Assembly (NCBI GenBank): GCA_023129325.1 | Contig: JAGMCI010000012.1 | Location: 37,850-101,849 of the forward strand | Length of the DNA: 64,000 nt | Source of the DNA: a candidate division WOR-3 bacterium | GTDB lineage: Bacteria > Hydrothermota > UBA3073 > JACQXS01 > JAGMCI01 | Direction: 5' to 3' | Shown here: one piece after another, positions 37,036 to 46,808 of the stretch | How positions within the stretch are numbered: position 1 is the first letter of the stretch | How the letters are laid out: each line of letters opens with the position of its first letter | Notes under the pieces: model-generated | Databases searched by the model: none | Seen by the model: only the letters and a program-made list of their open reading frames with translations | Told to the model about the DNA's origin: nothing | Program-made: the position numbers and the translations under genes

Positions 37036-37683
37036 ATGAAAAACTATTTTGTTCATCCAACTGCTGTTGTTGAAAAAGGAGCTAAAATAGGTAAAGAAAC
37101 AAAAATTTGGCACTTCTCACACATAATGAAAGGAGCAAAAATTGGTAAAAATTGTTTGCTTGGTCAAAATTGCTTCGTTGCTAAAGATGCAATTCTTGGA
37201 AATGGGGTAAAGCTTGAAAACAATGTCTCTGTCTATACATTTGTGACCCTCGAAGATGATGTATTTGTTGGACCTTCAGCTGTATTTACAAATGATTTAA
37301 ACCCAAGAGCCCCTTATCCAAAAGGAGGAAAATGGATTGCTACTTATGTGCAAAAAGGAGTATCAATTGGAGCAAATGCGACCATTGTTTGTGGTATCAA
37401 TATAGGTAAATGGGCTTTCATAGGTGCTGGAGCAGTCGTGACAAAAAATATTCCTGATTATGCTATAGTTGCTGGTGTTCCCGCAAGAGTCATAGGCTGG
37501 ATGTGCGAATGTGGACAAAAACTTAAATTTAAGCCCTCCCGCCAGATGGCCCGCTTCGCCCTGTCTCGCCGAGCCAAGGCGGGCGGAGCTTCAGCAAAGC
37601 GAACAGGCGGGGAGGAAAAGGCAACTTGTCAAAAGTGCGGCAGAAAATACCATAAAGAAGGTCTTAAATGTAGTCTTATTTAA
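37036..37683 (+). CDS. Hexapeptide-repeat N-acetyltransferase (WbpD/PglD-like). Its C-terminal zinc ribbon is interrupted by a GC-rich element.
   Basis: Left-handed beta-helix hexapeptide repeats ([13 protein letters not shown]...). C-terminus reads CECG…[27 aa encoded by element 37544-37614]…CQKCG. Confidence 0.75.
   Translation: MKNYFVHPTAVVEKGAKIGKETKIWHFSHIMKGAKIGKNCLLGQNCFVAKDAILGNGVKLENNVSVYTFVTLEDDVFVGPSAVFTNDLNPRAPYPKGGKWIATYVQKGVSIGANATIVCGINIGKWAFIGAGAVVTKNIPDYAIVAGVPARVIGWMCECGQKLKFKPSRQMARFALSRRAKAGGASAKRTGGEEKATCQKCGRKYHKEGLKCSLI
37544..37614 (+). repeat. GC-rich element related to families B and C, inside the C-terminus of the acetyltransferase.
   Basis: CCCGCTTCGCC…CTGTCTCGCCGAGCCAAGGCGGGCGG…GCTTCAGC. 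Shares blocks with 6183-6309 and 40644-40674. Confidence 0.7.
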
Positions 37684-37995
37684 GCTATTTTTTATATATA
37701 GCTTTAATCATAGGGTAGGTTGAAACCTCTGCTTCAACTCTCATAATTTGTAATCTGTAATTCAGAATTTATAATTTTTAACTTCCTGCTTTCTACCTTC
37801 TGTGTTCTCCGCAAACTCTGCGGTTCAGGTCATCTTTGGAGTGCAAAAACGGTGCTCTTGTAAAAAGATTGTGGGCACGCCTGTCGTCAACAACGGGGAT
37901 TTCAAATCGTGCAAATGTAACAATGCTACAACCACAGACCTTGCCTTGCTAAAAATCAATGTAGGGCAAACCTTTAGGTTTGCGGAATGCAGACT

Positions 37996-38427
37996 TTAGT
38001 CTGCCTTAGGAGAAATTTTATCTGAGAACTTTTGCTCTGCAATTAAGAATGCCTCTTTAACATTCTTCCAGCGAGCACAGTAAGGGGATGAACTATACTT
38101 TCCTTTGGAATTAATTAATGCGTGGGTGGGTTCCTTTCCATACTCGTTATAAAGACGAATTAAGTCTAATAATAATTCATCATCCTTTATCAATTCTTTC
38201 TCACGAATCATATCTGCAGGGTTGATAGGTATCAAACCAGCTTCTTTGACTGCATTATTCCATAAGCCAAAATGATACCTCGCTGTACCTAAAGAAATCT
38301 TTGAATGCTTATTAAAATCTTTACTCTTTAGTGATTTTACACCCAGAGCGGATGCAATTCTTCTGATTTCTTCAATTATTTGCTGTTTTGTAACTCCGTA
38401 TATGCGAACTTGAGTTTGACTACGCAT
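37996..38427 (-). CDS. Hypothetical protein with two homing-endonuclease-associated-like repeats (…YHFGLWNNAVKEAGL / …YCARWKNVKEAF).
   Basis: 143-aa ORF on the opposite strand to its neighbours, bracketed by ~30-bp direct repeats at 37799-37829 and 38641-38690. A terminator-like hairpin (GGGCAAACCTTTAGGTTTGC) lies at 37962-37984, downstream of its stop. Confidence 0.4.
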   Translation of the reverse strand: MRSQTQVRIYGVTKQQIIEEIRRIASALGVKSLKSKDFNKHSKISLGTARYHFGLWNNAVKEAGLIPINPADMIREKELIKDDELLLDLIRLYNEYGKEPTHALINSKGKYSSSPYCARWKNVKEAFLIAEQKFSDKISPKAD

Positions 38428-38727
38428 CCCTGTGTCTGAAAAAATTCCTATTATACTTCTTATTTTACCATATCCTTTACATTTGTCAAGTATTTTTAGT
38501 CTAATTTATTATACTAATATAAACCGCAGATACATCACAGAATATCAAAATGCAAAATAGTCGGATAGATTATTGGTTTAATCTAATAAACTAACAAACC
38601 AGCAAACTGAACATCTTTTTGCATTAGCATTCTGTGTATCTGTGTTCCCCGTTTGCCAAAGCCTTGTGCGGCGGGCAGGTCTGCGGTTCTTATTCGTGTA
38701 ATTTGTGTAATTCGTGGTTGATTTTTC

Positions 38728-38754
38728 TTGACTTTCTCCCTTTATGGCTATAAT
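38728..38754 (+). promoter_or_regulatory. Sigma70-type promoter TTGACT-15-TATAAT upstream of the efflux operon.
   Basis: tttttcTTGACTttctccctttatggcTATAATg. Confidence 0.45.
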
Positions 38755-38859
38755 GTAGACCTAATAATTGTTGCAATTAGAAATAAAATACAATAAAGTT
38801 AAAAATTAAACGTTTATAATTATAAAAACAATTTGTAAATTAACTCTTTAATTTCAAAT

Positions 38860-40125
38860 ATGCAATTTTTAGTGTATATGAAAACAGCACTGCTTGCCCT
38901 GAAAACACAGCGAATGAGAACTTTCTTGACTACATTGGGCATCATCATTGGAGTGATGACCGTAATTGCTATGATGTCTATTGTTCAGGGAATGAATAAA
39001 TATGTCTACAAAATTCTTGGCACTATTGGCAGTAATGTTATCTATGTTCAAAAATATAAATGGCGCGTTGGGCCCGGAGGTAGGATGAGCAAAAAGGAAT
39101 GGCGTAAAATTGCTAAAAGGAAGGACTTTACTAATGAGGATGTCAAAGCAATATCCAAACTCTCATCCATTGAGAGAGTGACGCTGGCACAATCAATCTG
39201 GGGTGGAGGGAAGAAAATGATGTATCGTGGCGAAGAGATTGAACTTAATGAAATTGAAGGTGCTACTCCAGAATATATAGTAATATCTAACTATGAAATT
39301 GATAGGGGCAGAACTTTTATAGAAACAGACCTGACATTTAGGAGACAGATTTGTATTGTTGGTATTTATATAACAGAGAATCTGTTCAAAAAAGGCGAAG
39401 ACCCTCTGGGTAAAGATGTCTACATAGGTCCGAATAAGTTTACTATCGTTGGTATCCTGACAAAGAGAGGCACATTTATGGGCAATAATTTGGATAATAC
39501 AATACTTGTTCCATTAACTACTTTAGGAAAATTCATCAAAATAAGATTTGGTTTTCGTTCCCTTTTTCAATCACCTTTCATAGTTGCGCAGGTTCATGAA
39601 GGCCACACCATTGAAGAAGCACAAGAACAAATAGAAAAATTATTAAGACAAAGGAGAGGCTGTAAGTTTAACGAAGAAAATAACTTTGCATTAAATACTC
39701 AACAAATGATTATTGATATTTATAAAAAGATAACCTCAGGCATTTATATAGCAATGATAGGCATTGCCTCACTTGCACTAATTGTTGGTGGGATTGGGAT
39801 TATGAATATAATGCTTGTCTCGGTAGTTGAACGCACCAGAGAAATAGGTTTGCGTATGGCAATAGGAGCCAAGAGAAAGGATATACTCATCCAATTCCTT
39901 ATTGAGGCAGTGGCATTAACAGGAGTGGGCGGAGTAGTGGGTGTTTTGTTTGGTTTTGGACTTGCTAAACTGATTTCTGTATTGACACCTTTACCAGCCA
40001 GCACTACGCTGTGGAGCGTAGTGCTTGGAATTGGCTTCTCTATGTTCGTGGGATTGTTTTTTGGCATCTACCCAGCATCCAAAGCCTCGAAACTTGACCC
40101 AATAGAAGCACTTAGATATGAATAA
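38860..40125 (+). CDS. ABC transporter permease (MacB/FtsX family).
   Basis: N-terminal TM, a large periplasmic MacB_PCD-like domain and a C-terminal FtsX 3-TM bundle (…IGIASLALIVGGIGIMNIMLVSVVERTREIG…). Promoter TTGACT-15-TATAAT at 38728-38754. Confidence 0.8.
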   Translation: MQFLVYMKTALLALKTQRMRTFLTTLGIIIGVMTVIAMMSIVQGMNKYVYKILGTIGSNVIYVQKYKWRVGPGGRMSKKEWRKIAKRKDFTNEDVKAISKLSSIERVTLAQSIWGGGKKMMYRGEEIELNEIEGATPEYIVISNYEIDRGRTFIETDLTFRRQICIVGIYITENLFKKGEDPLGKDVYIGPNKFTIVGILTKRGTFMGNNLDNTILVPLTTLGKFIKIRFGFRSLFQSPFIVAQVHEGHTIEEAQEQIEKLLRQRRGCKFNEENNFALNTQQMIIDIYKKITSGIYIAMIGIASLALIVGGIGIMNIMLVSVVERTREIGLRMAIGAKRKDILIQFLIEAVALTGVGGVVGVLFGFGLAKLISVLTPLPASTTLWSVVLGIGFSMFVGLFFGIYPASKASKLDPIEALRYE

Positions 40126-40417
40126 ATTATGCAGAGATTAGTTCTGCAAAATAGAAAATAAAATTGACAGGGATTGAAAGAGTCCCGCATCCAGCACATA
40201 ATTTATGTGCGGGATAAGAGATGAGAATAAAAAGCAATGACGGACAAGATTAACAGGATTAAAGAATATATGAAATTAAATAAAAATCCTGTAATCCGCC
40301 TGAGGCGGACTGTCAAATTAAATCACTGTTAATAATGAAGTTCTTTTCGACTTACAATAATTTTGAATTTTAATTTGTAATTTTGATTTTTGATTTTATA
40401 GAGAAAGGAGGTAATTT

Positions 40418-41689
40418 ATGATAGGAATAATATTAGTATTTCTTGTCAGTGACACATTAAAAATAAACCTTGACCAAGCCAAGGAGATAGCACTTAAAGG
40501 TAACCCAACATATCAAGTGCAGACACTTTCTCATACATACAATAAATTAGGACTTTATGAGAACTTGGCTTCAGATATACTTAATCCAGCTGTCGGTATT
40601 ACATACTCTGAAGCAACATTTGGTGATTACTCTTATCCTTCGTCACCTGTCTCGCCGAGCCAAGGCGGGAAGGGCTATAATTTTAGCTTCTCTTTAAACC
40701 AGCCGGTATTTGATTTTGGGAAAGCATCCTCAATACTACAAAGCAAATTTAGCACCAATGCCTCTTTAGCATCAAGCTGGGAAGCTGAAAACCTGCTATA
40801 TTATCAAGTAGAAGGACAATATCTTACTGTCCTTAAAGTAGAAAAATTACTTGGAATGCGTAATAAGGCTATTGAACGAGCAGAAGAAAATATGAGATTC
40901 GTAACTAAAAGATTAGAATTGGGAAAGGCGTCAAGATTAGACTTTTTAAATGCAACAGTCTATCTTAATCGTGCTAAGCTTGATTTATCTGATACCCGTA
41001 AAAATTATACTATTGCTAAAAGATTATTATTAAATATACTTGGGCTTAGGCATCAATGTGAACTTTTGCTTGAACCAGTTGAGATTGAAGACGGAAAGTT
41101 TGAGTTACCAGAACTAAATATACTCATAACAACAAGCATTGAAAATAGACCAAAAATTAAAGCCGCTTATGAAGAAGTTAAAGAAGCACGACTTGGAGTT
41201 TGGAGCAGTTTCTTTTCATTTCTGCCCCAAATATCGTTCAAATGGTCCTGGAACTATAATACAGAGAATTTCCCAGACAAATTTTCAACAATAAGAAACG
41301 GGGCAACAAAGAACACAGGGTGGTATGCAACTGCGAATCTAAATTTATTTTCCTATCCATTTGAAGTTTGGAAGACAAAGACCATCCTTGACAAAACCAA
41401 TTTGAATCTGTTAAATGAAAGACTGATTGTAGTTAAAGAAGTTGAAGAGGCAAGGCTTGATTGTCTTACTATGAACGAAAATCTAAAACTTGCCAAAAGT
41501 ATGTTTGAAGCTGCCAGGGAGGGGAATGCACTCGCTAAAACACAGTACAAGCTCGGATTGATACCAATCCTTGACTTGTTTCAAATAGAAACAGACTTGT
41601 TGGACGCCGAGGCAACCTATATTTCTGCCCTGTATGATTATAAACTTGCAAGAACTAAACTCAAGTATGTAATTGGAGGTAAACTATAA
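40418..41689 (+). CDS. Outer-membrane efflux protein (TolC-like OMF). It has an in-frame GC-rich insertion at 40644-40674.
   Basis: Two OEP-type repeat halves with coiled-coil and beta segments. RBS aaggagg 7 nt upstream. The insertion encodes [11 protein letters not shown]. Confidence 0.7.
   Translation: MIGIILVFLVSDTLKINLDQAKEIALKGNPTYQVQTLSHTYNKLGLYENLASDILNPAVGITYSEATFGDYSYPSSPVSPSQGGKGYNFSFSLNQPVFDFGKASSILQSKFSTNASLASSWEAENLLYYQVEGQYLTVLKVEKLLGMRNKAIERAEENMRFVTKRLELGKASRLDFLNATVYLNRAKLDLSDTRKNYTIAKRLLLNILGLRHQCELLLEPVEIEDGKFELPELNILITTSIENRPKIKAAYEEVKEARLGVWSSFFSFLPQISFKWSWNYNTENFPDKFSTIRNGATKNTGWYATANLNLFSYPFEVWKTKTILDKTNLNLLNERLIVVKEVEEARLDCLTMNENLKLAKSMFEAAREGNALAKTQYKLGLIPILDLFQIETDLLDAEATYISALYDYKLARTKLKYVIGGKL
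40644..40674 (+). repeat. Family C element (CCTGTCTCGCC…CAAGGCGGG), in-frame in the TolC-like gene.
   Basis: Second copy at 58727-58756 in the BNR protein. Shares its core with 37561-37590. Confidence 0.7.
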
Positions 41690-41783
41690 GAGGATAAATG
41701 CCTAAAAGTCCAAAATGCCTAAAAAAGAATTTAGGAATTTAGGTGTTTAGGTATTTAGGTATTTGGAAGTAAAGGAGGGACTT

Positions 41784-42971
41784 ATGCGTAAAAAGAAAAA
41801 GCTAATTATTATTGCTGGGACGATGGTGCTTATTCTTATCATTATCTTACTTAACTTGAGAAAAGGTAAGGGCAGTAATAAGGTAGACGCTCTTGTTGTT
41901 AAAAGGGATAATATAATCTCTAAAGTGAGAACTGAAGGCACACTCAAGGCTCTTAATCAGGTCCAAATTGGTAGTGATGTTATGGGCAGAATTATCAAAC
42001 TAAAGGTGAAAGAGGGCGTTAGAGTTCGTAAGGGAGATGCCCTCTGCATTATAGACCAGAGCACCTATGTTGCCAGGCTCAAACGAGCAAAAGCTTCACT
42101 GAACTTTACACTTGCCAAACTTACTAAGGCAGAAGAAGACCTGAGACGCAATAAAGAACTCTTTGAAAACAAGCTTATCTCTAAAGAACAATATGAAGAA
42201 GCGAAACTGAATTATGAGATGATAAAGGCAGAGGCTGAATCGGCTCAAGAATCTTATAACGAGGCTAAAGAAAACTATAACAAGACAATCATAACCTCAC
42301 CAGTGGATGGTGAAGTAGTGCAACTCAACAAAGAGGAAGGCGAGATGGCTATTATGGGAACTATCAATACACCAGGCTCTGTTATAATGACAATCGCAGA
42401 ACGCTCAAAGATGTTTGTAAAGGCACTTATTGATGAGACAGAAGTAATAAAAATTGTCCCCAAACAACTAGTTACCATTACAATAGATGCATTACCAGAT
42501 ACTACTTTTAACGGCAAAGTAACCAGGATTGGGGGTATTCCAGAAAGCTATGGAACAGAGGAAGCCGTTAACTTTCCAATTGAAGTTGAAATCTTGGGAA
42601 CCCATGAAAAACTATATCCCGGCATGTCAGCTACCTGTGAGATTACTGTTGGTGTTAAAGATTCAACTCTCGTTATCCCTTATTCGGCACTGGGAAGAAA
42701 AAAGATACAAGGGAAAGAACAAGATGTAGTTCTTTTATCAAAAGGCAAAAAGGTAAAACAAACCTTAGTAAAGTTAGGATTAACAGGTGAAAAAGGAGTT
42801 GAAATTATAGAAGGCGTAGCTATAAGTGATACAGTTCTGATAGGTCCCTACAAAATACTTAGAAAACTAAAAGATGGTGATAAAGTAGAAGTAAAAATCA
42901 AAGAGATATCAGAAGTTGAGAAAAAGAGGGGCAAAAGACGAGACAAAGTCAAAGTCAGAGTTACAATGTGA
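41784..42971 (+). CDS. Periplasmic adaptor / membrane-fusion protein (HlyD/MacA family).
   Basis: N-terminal TM, biotinyl-lipoyl-like motifs and a long coiled coil. The start is taken at MRKKKK, which follows the RBS aaggaggg. Confidence 0.8.
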   Translation: MRKKKKLIIIAGTMVLILIIILLNLRKGKGSNKVDALVVKRDNIISKVRTEGTLKALNQVQIGSDVMGRIIKLKVKEGVRVRKGDALCIIDQSTYVARLKRAKASLNFTLAKLTKAEEDLRRNKELFENKLISKEQYEEAKLNYEMIKAEAESAQESYNEAKENYNKTIITSPVDGEVVQLNKEEGEMAIMGTINTPGSVIMTIAERSKMFVKALIDETEVIKIVPKQLVTITIDALPDTTFNGKVTRIGGIPESYGTEEAVNFPIEVEILGTHEKLYPGMSATCEITVGVKDSTLVIPYSALGRKKIQGKEQDVVLLSKGKKVKQTLVKLGLTGEKGVEIIEGVAISDTVLIGPYKILRKLKDGDKVEVKIKEISEVEKKRGKRRDKVKVRVTM

Positions 42972-42972
42972 T

Positions 42973-43635
42973 ATGTTAATTAACACTAAGGGATTAACAA
43001 AAGTATATAAAATGGGCAATATTGAGGTTCATGCCTTAAGGGGCATAGACCTCCAAATAGAAGAAGGTGAATATATAGCCATAACTGGACCATCAGGTTC
43101 GGGAAAATCAACTCTGATGCATATTTTAGGCTGTCTTGATACTCCGAGTTCAGGAACTTATTTATTTCGGGACAGGGAGGTGCAAAATCTATCAGAAGAT
43201 GAACTTGCAAACATCAGAAATCAAGAGGTTGGCTTCGTATTCCAAACTTTCAATTTACTTCCAAGATTAAAAGCATATGAGAATGTAGAGTTACCACTTA
43301 TATATTCTAATACAAAAGCCTCTGTGAGTGAAGACAGGGCATTTAAAGTATTGGAAAAAGTAGGTCTTCAAGAACGTATAAATCACAGGCCCACGGAGCT
43401 TTCAGGTGGTGAATGTCAGCGCGTAGCTATTGCTCGTGCACTAATAACTAACCCCAAAGTAATTTTCGCTGACGAACCAACGGGTAACTTGGATACGAAG
43501 ACAGGTAATGAAATAATGGAATTATTTAGCAGTCTACACAAAGAAGGCAGAACATTAATTGTTGTAACCCACGACCCTGAAGTCAGCAGCTATACTAATC
43601 GCATCATAAAAATAAGAGACGGAATCCTCACATAA
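42973..43635 (+). CDS. ABC transporter ATP-binding protein (MacB/LolD-type).
   Basis: Walker A GPSGSGKST. Signature LSGGECQRVAIARAL. Walker B IFADEPTGNLD. Confidence 0.9.
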   Translation: MLINTKGLTKVYKMGNIEVHALRGIDLQIEEGEYIAITGPSGSGKSTLMHILGCLDTPSSGTYLFRDREVQNLSEDELANIRNQEVGFVFQTFNLLPRLKAYENVELPLIYSNTKASVSEDRAFKVLEKVGLQERINHRPTELSGGECQRVAIARALITNPKVIFADEPTGNLDTKTGNEIMELFSSLHKEGRTLIVVTHDPEVSSYTNRIIKIRDGILT

Positions 43636-43644
43636 TAACTGAAT

Positions 43645-44505
43645 ATGGGAATATGCATATTTGTTTTATTCCTATTTTATAAAGAATCTCCTAATTTTAC
43701 AGTCTTTTATCAGCCACAAGATGAAAAAGTAGCACGAGAGGTCATTAAATTTGCAGAACAGGAATTGCCTCAAATTGTAGAAGACATTGGCTTGAAAGAA
43801 AAGATAAAAATTGATATATACATTGCATTTTCAGAAACTGAGATTAAAAAAATTAGAAATTTCCCGGATTGGGGAATTGGATGTGCTTATCCATCTAAAC
43901 GTACTATAATTCTTAAGTCGCCAAGAATTGTAAAATATCCATTGAATCTCAGGACCTTGGTAGCTCACGAAATAGCTCATGTAGTGTTAGGAAACTTATT
44001 AAAAAACATACCAATCCCTAAATGGTTTGATGAAGGAATGGCAATGTATGAATCACGCGAATGGAAAATTGGAGAAAGCATTGGGTTGTCATGGGCAAAC
44101 TTTACAAACTCTCTCTTGCCACTTTCTGAGATTGAGCAAAATTTCCCTTATAACTCAAAAGAAGCAAAATTAGCTTATATTGAGAGCTTTTCAGCTATTG
44201 CTTTTATAATTAATGAATTTGGTAAAGAAAGTCTGCAAGAAATTATCAAAAATACTAAACAAACTAACTCTTTTAACCAAGCATTAACCATAGTTTTAGG
44301 ATTAAATTATCAAGACTTTAAGAATGAATGGGAAAAATGGGTAAAAGAAAGATACACAGGCTTTAATGTTCTCTTTAAAACATTTTTTCCGTGGACACTA
44401 ATTCTCATCATCTTCTTTATCGCTCTCTTTCTGAACATTAAGCGAAAGCAAAGATACAAAAAGAAAGCTTATTATGAACCTACAAACTATACAAAAGAGC
44501 CATAG
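43645..44505 (+). CDS. Putative zinc metallopeptidase (HExxH; peptidase-MA-like) with a C-terminal TM anchor.
   Basis: VAHEIAHVVLG motif. Downstream E (FDEGMAMYE). C-terminal helix LILIIFFIALFL. Confidence 0.4.
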   Translation: MGICIFVLFLFYKESPNFTVFYQPQDEKVAREVIKFAEQELPQIVEDIGLKEKIKIDIYIAFSETEIKKIRNFPDWGIGCAYPSKRTIILKSPRIVKYPLNLRTLVAHEIAHVVLGNLLKNIPIPKWFDEGMAMYESREWKIGESIGLSWANFTNSLLPLSEIEQNFPYNSKEAKLAYIESFSAIAFIINEFGKESLQEIIKNTKQTNSFNQALTIVLGLNYQDFKNEWEKWVKERYTGFNVLFKTFFPWTLILIIFFIALFLNIKRKQRYKKKAYYEPTNYTKEP

Positions 44506-44579
44506 TTAAACTATCCTTTAGCTTGACTTATTTCTTCTCCACTATAGATTTGTATTCCACACTCTTGTTTTACAATTAC

Positions 44580-45143
44580 CTAAATTATTCTTGGAATTAT
44601 CTTACAGGGAACCCTTTTTTTGTATTCTTTGTATTCTTCCCCATATTTCTTTAAAAGGTCTTTCTCTTCAAAATGTATAATTAGTAGATAAAGAAGAGTA
44701 TAAGGGATAGAAAACAAAATAGCATATAATGATTTAAATAGAATAGCCATCCCTACAGCCAATAAGCCATTGCTCATATATAAGGGATGCCTGACAATTC
44801 CATAGATTCCTGTTGTGACCAATTTTGATTTTTTCTTTAAAGCTGGAATCGCGCCTATCTGTCTTTGGGCTAATATTTTAATGATAAAGTTTATTCCTAA
44901 AATTATTGTTCCCACAGTTAAGGCAACAGAGGTTGGAATTGCGAGCTTTGGTCCTTTAGTAAACGGCAAAACAACAGGTGGTGCCACAAAAGTCAGTAAA
45001 ATGAAAATCCTGCTAATAAATTTAGGTATTCTTTTGTTCTCAACTTTAGTTGATACTCCTCGCAACTTAAGAACTACTATTGTTATTATATACCCTATCA
45101 GATAAATCCCTATCCAGAAAAACGGATTAACTAAAAATTTCAT
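44580..45143 (-). CDS. Isoprenylcysteine carboxyl methyltransferase (ICMT/PEMT) family membrane methyltransferase.
   Basis: LVTTGIYGIVRHPLY…HFEEKDLLKKYGEEYKEYKKRVP signature. Confidence 0.75.
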   Translation of the reverse strand: MKFLVNPFFWIGIYLIGYIITIVVLKLRGVSTKVENKRIPKFISRIFILLTFVAPPVVLPFTKGPKLAIPTSVALTVGTIILGINFIIKILAQRQIGAIPALKKKSKLVTTGIYGIVRHPLYMSNGLLAVGMAILFKSLYAILFSIPYTLLYLLIIHFEEKDLLKKYGEEYKEYKKRVPCKIIPRII

Positions 45144-45144
45144 T

Positions 45145-45870
45145 TTATATCAAGCTCGTTAACACTATACATATTGCACCCATAATTATAGCAGTAATGC
45201 AGACCCGTAAATGTTTGCTTATCTCTGCTGCGGGTAGTAATTCCTCTACAGAGATATATACCATAAATCCCCCAGCAAGTGCTAACGAGGCGCCAAGTAT
45301 CTCAGTGGACATTCCCCTTAATACAAAATAGCCTAAAATAAATCCTATTAATTCAAAAAGTATTGTGCCAGTTGTAATGATAAATGATTTTAGTTTTTGC
45401 TTGGTTACATTATAAAGAGGAATAATAGTCGCTATATTCTCCGGAATATCCTGTGCTGCAATAGCTATTGCAATCGTAATTCCTAATTTTGGCTCCAATG
45501 CAAATCCAATACCAATTGCCAGTCCCTCAGGAATATTATGCAAAGCCATCCCAATGACCAGCATAATAGTACTTCTCTTAACAGAGGATTTTTCTTTTTT
45601 ACCTAATTCAGGATTAATATGTGGGACTAACTTATCTATGGGCCACATTATTCCAATTCCTGCAAAAAAGGATAGCATTATCAGATAATATGATGCATAT
45701 TCTAATCCCTTTGGTATCAATTGAAAAAACGATATTAAAATCATCATAGAACCCGCAAATGCAAGAGAACCATGTAAAATTATCTTGCTAGGTGATTTTA
45801 TAAGTCCAAGCAATGAGCCCAATATCTGGCCTGCAAAAATTAGAATTACTATTAAAAGTAATTTCTCCAT
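45145..45870 (-). CDS. zupT: ZIP-family divalent metal transporter (ZupT-like).
   Basis: HNIPEGLAIG and AQDIPENIA metal-binding helices. 8 TM segments. Confidence 0.8.
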   Translation of the reverse strand: MEKLLLIVILIFAGQILGSLLGLIKSPSKIILHGSLAFAGSMMILISFFQLIPKGLEYASYYLIMLSFFAGIGIMWPIDKLVPHINPELGKKEKSSVKRSTIMLVIGMALHNIPEGLAIGIGFALEPKLGITIAIAIAAQDIPENIATIIPLYNVTKQKLKSFIITTGTILFELIGFILGYFVLRGMSTEILGASLALAGGFMVYISVEELLPAAEISKHLRVCITAIIMGAICIVLTSLI

Positions 45871-45928
45871 ATCCTTTTATCTTCAGCAAATCTTACATTT
45901 CCATTCATTTGAGCTATTCCTTCTCTCA

Positions 45929-46729
45929 CTAATGCACCTCAAATGTCAATGTTGCTGTGCAATGAAGTTCGTTGCATTTATCCCTCATGTCCTCAGGAGC
46001 AGGTAATTTCATATCTGCCTTTATAAGCCAGGGTCCATAATGTAAAAGTCTTATCATTGCAATTCCTTCACCATCTGTAGAAGTAGCATAAGCAAAGTCC
46101 TCACGAGTTGAAAAACCACTGTATGTAGCATATACTTTGCAAAAACTCGCTGGTCTGCCATCAAATAATACTTGTATAGGTAAAAAATCACCTTCACTCA
46201 ATTCAAGAGGATTTTTCAACGGTACTATTTCAATTTTATGCCCAATCGCTTTATCATAAGCGCTCGTGTCTTCAGTTCCCACATTTATTAACGCCTTAGT
46301 ATACTGCTCATAATAAAGACTCAAAATAACTCCCTTCAATCCTGTCTTCGGTCCCATCTTGTGATGCATTTCACCTTTTTCAATATACATAGTATAAAAT
46401 CCAGGTTTCAACACAGCAGTAACTATATATGCACCTGGCTCTTTAAAATTTACCTCGGTAGCTAAAAAGCCTCCTGGATTTGGGCTTAGCTTGTGATGTT
46501 TGCCACATCTGGGACAAATAAAATAAAAATCCTTCAATTGCTCTTGCCTCAAAAAATCATCCACTGGATAATGATGCCCCCAGCCAAAATAAACCTTTGT
46601 CCTTGCCCCATATTCTGGATAAAATTCAGGATGATAATCAGTCACATTCAACCACATAGTATGGCTATATGCGAGAGAAGTGAAACAAAGTCCCAAAATC
46701 CAACCCGCTAATTTTATACTCTTTTTCAT
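45929..46729 (-). CDS. DUF4198-family periplasmic protein associated with a TonB-dependent receptor. The start is trimmed to the MKKSIKLAGWILGLCF signal peptide.
   Basis: Signal peptide plus a beta-rich domain. The upstream in-frame extension 46730-46795 covers an intergenic inverted repeat (GGGACCTT...AAGGTCCC), so it is excluded. Confidence 0.5.
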   Translation of the reverse strand: MKKSIKLAGWILGLCFTSLAYSHTMWLNVTDYHPEFYPEYGARTKVYFGWGHHYPVDDFLRQEQLKDFYFICPRCGKHHKLSPNPGGFLATEVNFKEPGAYIVTAVLKPGFYTMYIEKGEMHHKMGPKTGLKGVILSLYYEQYTKALINVGTEDTSAYDKAIGHKIEIVPLKNPLELSEGDFLPIQVLFDGRPASFCKVYATYSGFSTREDFAYATSTDGEGIAMIRLLHYGPWLIKADMKLPAPEDMRDKCNELHCTATLTFEVH

Positions 46730-46808
46730 TTTATACCTCCATTTCACCTGGGACCTTTCTCGCGAGAAGCGAAAGAAGAATGAGGAAGGTCCCAAGATTT
46801 TACAGTTG

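Noticed and set aside
37802-37999. 65-aa plus-strand ORF
   Set aside because: It lies across a direct repeat and terminator-like hairpins in an intergenic region. No RBS.
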